DNA of 64,000 bases from Akkermansia sp. (GTDB taxonomy: Bacteria; Verrucomicrobiota; Verrucomicrobiia; Verrucomicrobiales; Akkermansiaceae), in the NCBI GenBank assembly GCA_017937215.1, contig JAGBDZ010000043.1, positions 41,174 through 105,173 on the forward strand, in the 5' to 3' direction. Each line of letters opens with the position of its first letter. Position 1 is the first letter of the stretch. This document shows, piece after piece, positions 47,504 to 56,292 of the stretch. The translations under genes and the position numbers were made by a program. A model generated the notes under the pieces. That model ran no database searches. It saw only the letters and a list, made by a program, of their open reading frames with translations, and was not told the origin of the DNA.

Positions 47504-48499
47504 ATGAATACAAGACTGATAAGCGAACTAATGAAGGGGTGCAATCTGCATGGGGCGGATGCAGCTCGCCTGGTCCTCGAGTGTATAGAAAGTTTAGGGG
47601 AACGAGCAGCGGGTGCACCGAGGGATAGATTAATGAGACTGGTGCGGCGGGTCATATCGGCTGGTGTGGCTGTCATCCTGGCAGAGGAGCGGACAGAATG
47701 CTTTGAAAAGGCTGCATGGGAGAGTGTGGAAGCGCGCTCAGGACGACGAGCAACAACAACACGAGACCTGCGTTATTATGTGCGACGGATGTTGCGGGTG
47801 GAAGGTGTGGCTCATCTTCCGCTGCGAGGCATGACAACATCACAGTGCCGGATTATTCTACAGAAAGCATTTGGCAACAGTGTTCATAGTTACCGTAAGG
47901 GACGAGTAATTCTTCATAGTATTTTTGCTTATGGAATAAAGCAGGAGTGGTGCGATACAAATCCTGTGTCCAGAATAGATAATCCAATGGTGCAGGAAAG
48001 AAGTATTGCACCGTTGAGCAATATGGAAGTGCAGGAGTTGAAGAAAACGGCAGAGGAACGCCGCTTCAGAGACATGCGTTTTTCATTGAGCTTGTTGTTG
48101 TACAGCGGTGTGAGACCGGCAGAGGTGGAACGAATATCGCCGGAAGATGTTTGCTGGGAAGAGAGGCAGGTTATCATCCGCTCTCAAAACAGTAAGACCG
48201 GAGGCGGAAGAGTTGTGCCTTTGCGCGTGTTGCCGGGCATGCGCCGGCAGGATTGCAGCGTGCCGCCGAACTGGCAGAATCGTTGGTTGTTGTTAAGAAG
48301 AGCCGCAGGTTTTCGTCATTGGGTGCCTGATGTGTGTCGACATACTTTTGCAACGTATCATGCTGCTTATTTTCGGAATTTGCCGGAATTGCAGCTGGAA
48401 ATGGGGCACCGGGATGTATCGCTGTTGCGTAGCCGGTATATAGCACCGACTCTACAGAAAACGGCGGCTGAATTCTGGAAACCGGTATTGAGAAAATGA
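47504..48499 (+). CDS. Tyrosine site-specific recombinase / integrase
   Basis: GVRPAEVERI (Arg I), CRHTFATY (His-x-x-Arg), GHRDVSLLRSRYI (His...Tyr nucleophile); ATG at 47504. Confidence 0.85.
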   Translation: MNTRLISELMKGCNLHGADAARLVLECIESLGERAAGAPRDRLMRLVRRVISAGVAVILAEERTECFEKAAWESVEARSGRRATTTRDLRYYVRRMLRVEGVAHLPLRGMTTSQCRIILQKAFGNSVHSYRKGRVILHSIFAYGIKQEWCDTNPVSRIDNPMVQERSIAPLSNMEVQELKKTAEERRFRDMRFSLSLLLYSGVRPAEVERISPEDVCWEERQVIIRSQNSKTGGGRVVPLRVLPGMRRQDCSVPPNWQNRWLLLRRAAGFRHWVPDVCRHTFATYHAAYFRNLPELQLEMGHRDVSLLRSRYIAPTLQKTAAEFWKPVLRK

Positions 48500-48500
48500 A

Positions 48501-48534
48501 CCCGGGCTTGCAGTGGTGGTGCTGCAAGCCCGGG
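48501..48534. terminator. 13-bp stem hairpin between convergent integrase and 3D-domain genes
   Basis: CCCGGGCTTGCAG-TGGTGGTG-CTGCAAGCCCGGG; T-rich trailer on the minus strand. Confidence 0.55.
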
Positions 48535-48559
48535 TAGAAAAAACAAACAGTTGGGGAAA

Positions 48560-49192
48560 TCAGCGCTTGGCGGTGTTGCGGTGGCGGCTCTGCTCCTGCA
48601 GGGCGGCATACATCTGGCGGCAATGCTTGTAGCCACGGCGGTCAGAGAGCTTCTCCATGCTCAGGCGGGAAGACCCCCACTCAATCACTTCAATCTCCAC
48701 CACGCGGCGGCCCCACTGGCGCATGAGTGCCTTGCTGGGCTGGTAGATATCAATGGTGGCGGTGCCCACCAGGGCGCTGCCGTAGTCGTCTACCACATAG
48801 ATGTAGGGCTGGCCCTTAATCTTGAATTTGGTGCCCAACGGGTACACGGACCAGTCGGCTGCGGCGCTGCGCACGCGGTCGCCGTACTTCAGGTAGGTGC
48901 CGATGGCGTTCTTGGGACCATAGCCTACGTGGTCACTCTCCGAGTGGGTGTAGGCGGTGGTGCGCACCACGCGGTTCATCTGGCGCGGGTGGTAGAACGG
49001 GAATGAGTGCTTGTCGCGGCCGAGGTTGGGCAGGCGGCGATCCGGCATGGCGGAGCGGCGCGGGGCCGAGGGCGACACGAAACCACGGCTGGTGGCGTTC
49101 GGGTTGTAGGCCGCCTGGGCCTCCGGCATTCCGACCAGAGCCGCCAAAGTCAGAGCGGCCAGGGTGAGTGCCTTTTTGAAGATGTTATTCAT
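48560..49192 (-). CDS. 3D-domain (MltA-like) protein, secreted
   Basis: TAYTHSESDH...AADWSVYPLGTKFKIKG...YVVDDYGSALVG..IDIY typical 3D domain; signal peptide. Confidence 0.8.
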   Translation of the reverse strand: MNNIFKKALTLAALTLAALVGMPEAQAAYNPNATSRGFVSPSAPRRSAMPDRRLPNLGRDKHSFPFYHPRQMNRVVRTTAYTHSESDHVGYGPKNAIGTYLKYGDRVRSAAADWSVYPLGTKFKIKGQPYIYVVDDYGSALVGTATIDIYQPSKALMRQWGRRVVEIEVIEWGSSRLSMEKLSDRRGYKHCRQMYAALQEQSRHRNTAKR

Positions 49193-49259
49193 GAAATTTG
49201 AGGTGAAGGTGATACGTGACTCTGAGTGCCCGCCGAACGGTTAAGTGCGGCGTGGGGGC

Positions 49260-49289
49260 ATACTACCACACAAACAGGTGCTTTGGCAA
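49260..49289 (-). promoter_or_regulatory. Sigma70-type promoter TTGCCA-18-TAGTAT for the 3D-domain gene
   Basis: Minus-strand hexamers at 49284-49289 and 49260-49265, 68 nt upstream of the ATG. Confidence 0.35.
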
Positions 49290-49563
49290 GCGTTTTATGC
49301 GCCAATGGCAGAGCTTCTTGTCAAGATTTATTAATGTTATGCAGTTGCTTTTGATAAAAAGATGACGCAAAATAGGTATTGCGCGCGTGCGCGCGAGCCG
49401 CTTTGTATCCTGAATTGCTTGCTCTGATGCGGATTGTGGGCAATTTTGTTAATAAAAGTTTAATTTTATGCCGACGGGGTGATTTTGCAGCTGATGACAA
49501 AATGCGCCTGAAAGAAAAAGCGGGCAGAATTTAGTTAGGCTTTCCTGAATTTTCGTCCTTGCA

Positions 49564-50445
49564 TCAATTAGCGCGAGCGCATGCGAGGGCGAGGTGGAAA
49601 GCGCGGATGGTGCTGGCGGGGTTGGCCACGCCCTTGCCGGCGATGCCGAAGGCCGTGCCGTGGTCAGGGCTGGTGCGGAAGCGAGGCAGCCCCAGGGTGA
49701 CATTTACAGCGTTGTCAAAATCAAGCAGCTTGAGGGGGATGAGAGCCTGGTCGTGGTAGGGGGCCAGGATGGCATCGAAAGCGCCCAGGGCGGCATCGCG
49801 GTACACGCAGTCGGGCACGCAGGGGCCGGTGAACTGCACCCAGGGCAGGGCCGCCTGCAGCTGCAACACCGCGGGGGAGATGATGCGCTGCTCTTCGTCG
49901 CCGAAAGCGCCGTTTTCGCCATTGTGCGGGTTGAGACCGGCCACGGCAATGCGCGGATTCTTTTTACCGCTGCGGCGCACAAAATCGGCCAGCAGGGTGC
50001 CGATGCGCACGAGCTCAGCCGTGGTGAGCAGGCGGGGTACATCCGCCAGGGCGGTGTGAATGGTGCCCAGGGCCACCGTGAGGCGCTGCCCGGTCAGGCA
50101 CATGGCGAAATTGCTCACGCCCAGACGGTCGGCAAAGAACTCGGTCTGCCCAGGGAAGTGGAAGCCCACGCTGTGCAGCGCCTCCTTGCATACCGGGGCG
50201 GTGACCACGGCATCGATGCAGCCCTCGCGCAGGGCAACAGCGGCGGTTTCAAGCTGGTCGAAGGCGGCGCGGGCGGTCTCGGTAGTCGGGCAGCCGGGCG
50301 TGGCGCATATTGCCGGGCCCATGGGGCGGAACTCAGCATTTTCGCCGGCCATGACAGCCAGGGCCGCGCGCATGATTTCGGGGCCGATGCCCGCCTGGTC
50401 TCCCAGGGTGTAGCCGATGACCGGACTCTGCAAGGCGGAGCTCAT
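49564..50445 (-). CDS. pdxA: 4-hydroxythreonine-4-phosphate dehydrogenase
   Basis: 293 aa; AVVTAPVCKEAL, FPGQTEFFA, GLNPHNGENG, SPDHGTAFGIAGKG motifs. Confidence 0.9.
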   Translation of the reverse strand: MSSALQSPVIGYTLGDQAGIGPEIMRAALAVMAGENAEFRPMGPAICATPGCPTTETARAAFDQLETAAVALREGCIDAVVTAPVCKEALHSVGFHFPGQTEFFADRLGVSNFAMCLTGQRLTVALGTIHTALADVPRLLTTAELVRIGTLLADFVRRSGKKNPRIAVAGLNPHNGENGAFGDEEQRIISPAVLQLQAALPWVQFTGPCVPDCVYRDAALGAFDAILAPYHDQALIPLKLLDFDNAVNVTLGLPRFRTSPDHGTAFGIAGKGVANPASTIRAFHLALACARAN

Positions 50446-50459
50446 AGCACGAAGTTCAA

Positions 50460-50738
50460 TCAGACCTCCTCGGCCACATCGTCATCCATAAGCCCCGGCA
50501 CGGCACCGGCGGGCGCGGGGGAATCCTTGCTGTCCTTGGTCGGGGCAGGGGGCGTGACCGCCGGTTTTTCCGGTTCCTTAATCTGCGGGCGGTAGGAGCG
50601 GGCGGTGTTGATGTACTGGGCGTTGGTATCGCGCTGCTCAAACTGCAGCTCCGAATTGACCGATGTATGGTACACCGCCGTAATCACCAGCGCGAGTATT
50701 ACGGGAACCAACAGCAGACTGCCCAGACACGTTTTCAT
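50460..50738 (-). CDS. Hypothetical small membrane-anchored protein
   Basis: 92 aa, one N-terminal TM segment, Pro/Lys-rich tail; 14 nt upstream of pdxA. Confidence 0.5.
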   Translation of the reverse strand: MKTCLGSLLLVPVILALVITAVYHTSVNSELQFEQRDTNAQYINTARSYRPQIKEPEKPAVTPPAPTKDSKDSPAPAGAVPGLMDDDVAEEV

Positions 50739-50898
50739 ATTGCTGCACCTATTCTACTCACTGCCGTATCGAAATGCAAGCTTCAAAAGACTGCATGCCG
50801 GAATCATGGGGTTTGAAACTTGTGTAAGTAAAAAAACTCAATGCTTAACAATAATAATGCTTGCTCTGCGCGGTGCGCTGTGCTATAAGGGTGGGCGT

Positions 50899-51081
50899 AT
50901 GAAGATTACACCCCACACACAGAAGGGTAAGCTGCTTTACCCTGTGGCCACTGCCGTGGTGACCGGTGTGCTGCTCGCTTCCTGCCAGCAGCAGCAACAG
51001 CAGCCGCAGGTTTGCGCCGGAGCCCCGCTCCCGACTCCGATTTCGGATAAGGCGGCTGCCAAGGTGGCACCTGAAAAATAA
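50899..51081 (+). CDS. Putative 60-aa lipoprotein with poly-Q stretch
   Basis: MKITPHTQKGKLLYPVATAVVTGVLLASCQQQQQQPQ...; lipobox LLASC; TTGCTC-17-TATAAG promoter-like hexamers just upstream. Confidence 0.35.
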   Translation: MKITPHTQKGKLLYPVATAVVTGVLLASCQQQQQQPQVCAGAPLPTPISDKAAAKVAPEK

Positions 51082-51339
51082 TTTATTCCCTCGGGAAATC
51101 AGGCGCATCGGGTATCTATAATGATTCTCGATGTGTTCTTTTTTTATCTTAAAAACGCCGATATGAGGCAAAAATGGAACAAAAGTTGACATTTTGGCAG
51201 AAAAGGCTTGCTAAGTGAGGCAATTAGCTGTATTCTTTGCGCCGCGCGGGTTTATTAAAAAATCCGGTCGTTGGTCCTCCCTTTCCGCCAGGAAGCAGAG
51301 CCCGCATGGAGGGGAACCCGGCCACAAAAATACACTAAT

Positions 51340-52467
51340 ATGTCTGACGAAATCATTCAGGAGCAGGGGCCCATCAAGCTGGCCCATTTCGAGATTCCGA
51401 ACACGCTTAAGCGCATTGCTGACCCGGAGGATCCCAACCACGTGACCTTCATTGCCGAGCCCATCGAGACCGGTTTCGGTCACACTCTCGGTAACTCCCT
51501 GCGCCGCGTGCTGCTCAGCTCCCTGGAGGGTGCTGCCATCACCAGCGTGCGTATCGCCGGTGCCCAGCACGAGTTCACTTCTCTGCCCGGCGTGGTGGAG
51601 GACGTGACTGAAATCATCCTCAACCTCAAGAAGGTCAAGTTCAAGCACTACGGCAAGGAACCCCGCACCCTTTCCCTTCGCGTGACGAAGCAGGGCGTGG
51701 TGACCGCCGGTGATATCCAGGACGACCACATCTACTCCGTGGTGAACAAGGACCAGGTTATCTGCCACCTTGACCAGAGCACCATCTTCGACTGCGACTT
51801 CGAGGTGAACGTGGGCCGTGGTTTCCACACCGCCGACGACAACAACGACAAGGACCGCCCCATCGGCGTGATTCCGATTGACTCCATCTTCTCCCCGGTG
51901 ACCCGCGTGAAGTACGCTGTGGACAACGCCCGTGTGGGTCAGATGACCGAGTTCGACAAGCTCGTGCTCGATATCTGGACCGACGGCCGCGTGAGCCCCG
52001 GCGATGCCATGCTGCAGGCCGCCAGCATCATGCGCCACCACCTGGACGTGTTTGTGGACGCCGACAGCCGCCGCGTCGAGTTCGACAAGGCCAACGGTGG
52101 CGAGCAGGACGCCAACACCGCCCAGCTCCGCAAGCTGCTCAACATGAGCGTGAACGAAATCGAACTCTCTGTCCGCGCTGCCAACTGCCTGAACAACGCC
52201 AACATCACCACCGTTGGTCAGCTGGCTATGAAGACCGAGAGCGAAATGCTCAAGTACCGCAACTTCGGTAAGAAGTCCCTCAACGAGATTAAGGACAAGC
52301 TCGTGCAGCACGGTCTGTCCCTGGGTATGCAGTTCGACGCCAAGCTCCTCGCGTCCCCCGCTCCGGCTTCCCGCCTCCGCGACAACAGCGATGAGACCCG
52401 CGCCACGGACTTGCAGGCCCTCATCTCCCACAACATCGACGCCTTCGGTGACGACGACGACGAGTAA
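51340..52467 (+). CDS. rpoA: DNA-directed RNA polymerase subunit alpha
   Basis: GFGHTLGNSLRRVLLSS, NTD/CTD architecture, ELSVRAANCLNNANI; acidic C-terminal extension; ATG at 51340. Confidence 0.95.
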   Translation: MSDEIIQEQGPIKLAHFEIPNTLKRIADPEDPNHVTFIAEPIETGFGHTLGNSLRRVLLSSLEGAAITSVRIAGAQHEFTSLPGVVEDVTEIILNLKKVKFKHYGKEPRTLSLRVTKQGVVTAGDIQDDHIYSVVNKDQVICHLDQSTIFDCDFEVNVGRGFHTADDNNDKDRPIGVIPIDSIFSPVTRVKYAVDNARVGQMTEFDKLVLDIWTDGRVSPGDAMLQAASIMRHHLDVFVDADSRRVEFDKANGGEQDANTAQLRKLLNMSVNEIELSVRAANCLNNANITTVGQLAMKTESEMLKYRNFGKKSLNEIKDKLVQHGLSLGMQFDAKLLASPAPASRLRDNSDETRATDLQALISHNIDAFGDDDDE

Positions 52468-52515
52468 AGATTCCAAAAAAACAACACATTAACCCACTAA
52501 ACACAATATAAGACT

Positions 52516-52938
52516 ATGAGACACGGCGTCAAGAAAGCCAAGCTTCAGCGTACCGCTTCCCACCGCAAGGCCCTGCTTGCCAACCAGGCTTGCAGCCTCA
52601 TCAGCCACGGCCGCATCACCACCACTCTGGCCAAGGCCAAGGCCCTGCGCCCCTACGTGGAGAAGCTCATCACCCTCGGTAAGAACGGTTCCCTGCACGC
52701 TCGCCGTCAGGCCCTCGCTACGCTGCCCCAGCCCAAGGTTGTGGCCAAGCTGTTCAGCGTGGTGGCCGAGGCTACCAAGGACCGTCAGGGTGGTTACACC
52801 CGCATCGTGAAGCTCGGCCAGCGCATGACCGACAGCGCCCCCATGGCACTGATTGAGATCATCGACCTGCCCCAGCTCACCGCTCCGGTGGCTCCCACCA
52901 CCACCACCGCTACCGGTTCCACCTCCGAGGAGGCCTGA
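52516..52938 (+). CDS. rplQ: 50S ribosomal protein L17
   Basis: MRHGVKKAKLQRTASHRKALLANQACSLISHGRITTTLAKAKALRPYVEKLITL. Confidence 0.95.
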   Translation: MRHGVKKAKLQRTASHRKALLANQACSLISHGRITTTLAKAKALRPYVEKLITLGKNGSLHARRQALATLPQPKVVAKLFSVVAEATKDRQGGYTRIVKLGQRMTDSAPMALIEIIDLPQLTAPVAPTTTTATGSTSEEA

Positions 52939-52964
52939 GCCGAAGCTCTGAGCAAGTAAGCTTA

Positions 52965-53011
52965 AAACCCGCCGCAGTTGCACAGGCAGCTGCGGCGGGT
53001 TTGTGATTTTT
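52965..53011 (+). terminator. Rho-independent terminator after rplQ
   Basis: AAACCCGCCGCAG-loop-CTGCGGCGGGTTT followed by GTGATTTTT. Confidence 0.75.
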
Positions 53012-53058
53012 GCCCTGCCGGCGGGGAAGGACAGGCAGGCGGGGGCTTTGCGGGGTGG

Positions 53059-53742
53059 TCAGACCTCCTCGTGCATCATGCCGGTGGCGAGGTAGAAGCT
53101 CAGCCACTCATCGAAGACCTGGGCCGGGGCAAAGAGGTTGCCGGCGTAGCAGAGGGTGAAATCCTCGGTGCTGGTGTAGGGGTAAACCTGCATTTTCTCC
53201 CCGGTGCACCAGGCAATGCCGCTCACAGGCAGGTCGCTGTATTTCTGCACCAGTTCCTGGGCTACCGGGTGGCCGGCAAAGGGTGAATCCGCCACGGCGC
53301 GCTGCACCAATGGGGCTTCCAGGTTGAGTTCTCCATCATGCAGCAGAAAAAAGGCAAGCCAGCCCCGGTCGTTGAGCACCAGCTCAATGGATTGGTCCAT
53401 GTTGTACCAGAAAGCGTAGTCCGCCTCCAAGGTCATTTCCGGAGAATCCGGGCCGAGCGCTTCGTGCAGCTTGCCGAGGTTCCGGCGGAAATCCGGAGCA
53501 AAGGCACCGTTGAACTCGGCCGGGGCAGCGGGCAGGGCGGGTTTCCGGCCGGCGCGGGCCCGGCGGATGCCGTTCACGGCGATAAACAGCCCACCCAGTG
53601 CAAATAGCACGCCGAGTTTGAAGATGAAGGAATCCCCCAGGGCCTCGCCGGCTTTCCATGATTGCCAGGCCACGATGAAGCCCAGCAGGGCAATGATGAG
53701 GTAGGGCTTGATATTCGTCTTCTGCGGCGTATTGTCGTTCAT
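53059..53742 (-). CDS. Hypothetical protein with two N-terminal TM segments
   Basis: ORF 53059-53754; Met at 53742 (MNDNTPQK); no recognisable domain. Confidence 0.5.
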   Translation of the reverse strand: MNDNTPQKTNIKPYLIIALLGFIVAWQSWKAGEALGDSFIFKLGVLFALGGLFIAVNGIRRARAGRKPALPAAPAEFNGAFAPDFRRNLGKLHEALGPDSPEMTLEADYAFWYNMDQSIELVLNDRGWLAFFLLHDGELNLEAPLVQRAVADSPFAGHPVAQELVQKYSDLPVSGIAWCTGEKMQVYPYTSTEDFTLCYAGNLFAPAQVFDEWLSFYLATGMMHEEV

Positions 53743-53901
53743 GGCTGAGCGCATTGTATTACTTTTGCCTCACCGGGGCAATATCATAATGCGCCACCGG
53801 CGGCGGACTCCCGGGGCTGGAGGGGGAACTCCGGAAATAGAGTTGTTTTTACGCACTCGGGGATTGCAAAAAGGTCCGAAGTGTGGTACGCTGCGCGCGT
53901 T

Positions 53902-54483
53902 ATGGCAAATACGTCCCTTACCCCTGAACTGGCAAAGCTGGCCGGCGAGCTGGCCGCTGCATTTGCAAACAGCCAGAAAGTAGTGGCCGCCAAGGCCCGC
54001 ATCGGCCTTTTCTACCAGAACCCCGAAGCCACCGATTTGTTCCGCAAGGTGAGCGAATATGGTGAAACCCTGCGCAACAAGCACATGGAAGGCATGCCCC
54101 CCTCGGAAGAAGAGCTCAATAAGTTTGACCAGCTTCGCTCCGCCGTGGTGGAGAATGAGCTGTGCAAGGGCTTCCTGGAGTCCCGCCAGCTGCTGGATGA
54201 CATGCTCTCCGTGGTGAACCAGTACCTCTGCCTCGCCATTGAGAAGGGCGCTGCCCCCAGCGACGAGGAAGTGGCGGATTCCATGAGCCAGCAGATGAGC
54301 TCCTGCTCCTGCGGTGGTGGCTGCCATGGCGATTGCGGCGACTGCGAGAACGAGTCCTGCAGCAAGCACGAGTGCAAGTGCGGCCACGGCGATGACCACG
54401 AATGCTGCGGCGGCCATGGCGATGGCCACGAGTGCTGCGGCGGCCATGGCGATGGCCACGAGTGCAAGTGCGGCAAGCATTAA
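53902..54483 (+). CDS. YlbF/YmcA-like (UPF0342) protein fused to a Cys/His-rich metal-binding-like tail
   Basis: Helical N-terminal part resembles YlbF-family proteins (weak call). C-terminus: CSCGGGCHGDCGDCENESCSKHECKCGHGDDHECCGGHGDGHECCGGHGDGHECKCGKH. 30-nt tandem DNA repeat around 54403-54462. Confidence 0.6.
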   Translation: MANTSLTPELAKLAGELAAAFANSQKVVAAKARIGLFYQNPEATDLFRKVSEYGETLRNKHMEGMPPSEEELNKFDQLRSAVVENELCKGFLESRQLLDDMLSVVNQYLCLAIEKGAAPSDEEVADSMSQQMSSCSCGGGCHGDCGDCENESCSKHECKCGHGDDHECCGGHGDGHECCGGHGDGHECKCGKH

Positions 54484-54495
54484 TTCCGTACATCT

Positions 54496-56274
54496 ATGTT
54501 CCGCTGGGTGAAATCGCGCATTCTGTTCCTGGTGCTGGTGCTGCTGGCTGCGGCATTCATGGCCTGGAAGGGTGCGTACACCTGGCGGGTGGATTTTGAA
54601 TTTCCCTGGTGGGGGTATGGCGCGGTGGTGCTGCCCCTGCTGGCGGCGGGCGGCATGCTGCTGGCCCGGCGTCTGAAAAAGGATGCACTGCCCGGAGCTG
54701 CTGCGCTCTGGGTGGTGCTCCTGCTTTCCTTTGCGGTCGACAGCGTCTGCAATCTGTATGCCTACTCTACCCCGTGGCAGCTGCATCTTTCGGTGCTCAT
54801 GAGCATGGGATTCATGCTGCTGCTCTGGGCAGTGCTGCGCTCGGGTGCCATTGTGTTCTGGGTGCTTTTCCTGGTGCTGGAAATCATGCAGATATGCGGG
54901 TACGAACAGTATGGCTCCCGCATCAATTCCCTGGTGGTGGCGGAAATCATCGAGGCTTCGTGGGAGGAGGCCCAGGCATACCTGACCCCCATCAATCTGG
55001 GGATGCTCCTGCTTTCGGTGGTGCTTTCCGTGCTTTTCTGCTGGGGGCTGCACCGCACGCTGCGTAAGCAGCAGAGCCTGGCTATGTTCAATGCCGCCTG
55101 CCTGTTTGCCGGTGCTTCGCTGGCCTTTGGCCTGCTGGTGCCGCCTAATAAGCAGAAACAGGATTTCTACTGGCCGGTGCCTGAGCTGCCGCTTCTGTAT
55201 TCCGCTGCCATTGAGGCGCTCACCATCAACGAGGCCACCATTAATCAGATGGAAATGCTCACCTCGCCGGCGGAGCAACCCTCCACTCTGCATACGCTGA
55301 AAGGCGGGGAAGGAGTGGTGCTGGTGGTGCATGTGGGCGAGAGTATCCGCGCTGACCGCATGAGCCTGAACGGCTACGAACGCGATACCACCCCCTGGCT
55401 GCGGCAGCAGCAGAACCTCATCAATTTTCCTACCTGCATCTCTGCCGCCTGCGATACCTGCAAGGCTGAGATAGCTATTCTGACCGATGGCCGCCGCGAT
55501 ATCATGACGGCCACGCCGGAGATGCTGCCCAGGACCGGGTCGGTGCTGGAGCTTTTCACCGCGAATGGTTTTGAGATGTATTCATTCTTCGGTCGCCGCT
55601 GTGCCCAGAAGCTGAAGTACGACCGAGTGGTGCTCATGCTGACCCGCCGCTCGAAACAGAAGTTCAATGCCCCCGGCAGTCCGTGGACCTCGGTGCCGCA
55701 GATGCAGGAGGTGCTGCAGCGCGTGCCTGCCAACCAGAATCTGCTGTTCTTTGTGAATAACGAGGGCAGCCACACTCCCTTTGAACACTACGACCGCCAG
55801 AATACTCCCTTTGCCCCGGCCGCCGTACATTTTCAGAATCCCGCTGCCCAGGCGGAAGAAGTGAATAATGCCTACGACAGCTCCATCCACTACACAGATG
55901 AATATTTCCGCCGAGTGGCCGAGACAATCGGGCACCGCCCCTTCGTTTATCTGTATGTGAGCGACCATGGCGAGTACCTGGGGCACGATGGTATGTGGGG
56001 ACGCGCTGCTCTGGGGGAAAATCACGCCAGATACCACAGCTCCACCGGTTGTAAGGTGGGCATGTTTGTGCTGTATAATGAGGCCTTTGCCCGCCTCCAC
56101 CCGCATTTTGCAGAAAAATTGCAGCAGCTGCGCGCCAATGCCGGGCTGACCGTGGCTCACGAACATATTTTCCACACTCTGCTGGGCTTGTTCAAGCTGG
56201 AGACTCAGCATTACAATCCCTCGCTGGACCTGTGCTCCCCATCGGTGCAGGCATACGACGGCCCTCAACCCTGA
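54496..56274 (+). CDS. Phosphoethanolamine transferase (EptA/LptA-like, sulfatase superfamily)
   Basis: N-terminal TM bundle + VVHVGESIRADRMSLNGYERDTTPWL and YVSDHGEYLG motifs. Confidence 0.85.
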   Translation: MFRWVKSRILFLVLVLLAAAFMAWKGAYTWRVDFEFPWWGYGAVVLPLLAAGGMLLARRLKKDALPGAAALWVVLLLSFAVDSVCNLYAYSTPWQLHLSVLMSMGFMLLLWAVLRSGAIVFWVLFLVLEIMQICGYEQYGSRINSLVVAEIIEASWEEAQAYLTPINLGMLLLSVVLSVLFCWGLHRTLRKQQSLAMFNAACLFAGASLAFGLLVPPNKQKQDFYWPVPELPLLYSAAIEALTINEATINQMEMLTSPAEQPSTLHTLKGGEGVVLVVHVGESIRADRMSLNGYERDTTPWLRQQQNLINFPTCISAACDTCKAEIAILTDGRRDIMTATPEMLPRTGSVLELFTANGFEMYSFFGRRCAQKLKYDRVVLMLTRRSKQKFNAPGSPWTSVPQMQEVLQRVPANQNLLFFVNNEGSHTPFEHYDRQNTPFAPAAVHFQNPAAQAEEVNNAYDSSIHYTDEYFRRVAETIGHRPFVYLYVSDHGEYLGHDGMWGRAALGENHARYHSSTGCKVGMFVLYNEAFARLHPHFAEKLQQLRANAGLTVAHEHIFHTLLGLFKLETQHYNPSLDLCSPSVQAYDGPQP

Positions 56275-56292
56275 TTTTTATCCTCCCCCCCT

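Larger units (their letters stand above)
39805..48540. mobile_element. Mosaic AT-richer genomic island (defence genes + tyrosine recombinase); boundaries approximate, no att repeats found
   Basis: Composition visibly drops after the groEL terminator and recovers after the hairpin at 48501-48534. Contents: Abi_2, DUF6088, AIPR, DpnI-like pseudogene, membrane protein, integrase. Confidence 0.5.

Noticed and set aside
39805-48560. att direct repeats delimiting the island
   Set aside because: Comparing 39.66-39.9 kb with 48.49-48.56 kb by eye gave only a 7-nt match (AGTGGTG), which is not significant. The island borders therefore rest on composition and gene content only.
49193-49563. Cyclic-di-AMP (ydaO-type) riboswitch in the leader of the 3D-domain gene
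   Set aside because: The predicted promoter (49260-49289) leaves a leader of only about 68 nt. That is far shorter than the riboswitch, and I saw none of its conserved pseudo-symmetric ACGGGGA-type segments.
50605-51081. 158-aa ORF 50605-51081 as a single gene
   Set aside because: Its first ~98 codons overlap the upstream end of the minus-strand small membrane gene and an intergenic region without coding character. Only the last 60 codons (50899-51081), with a lipoprotein signal, look plausible, and even those only weakly.
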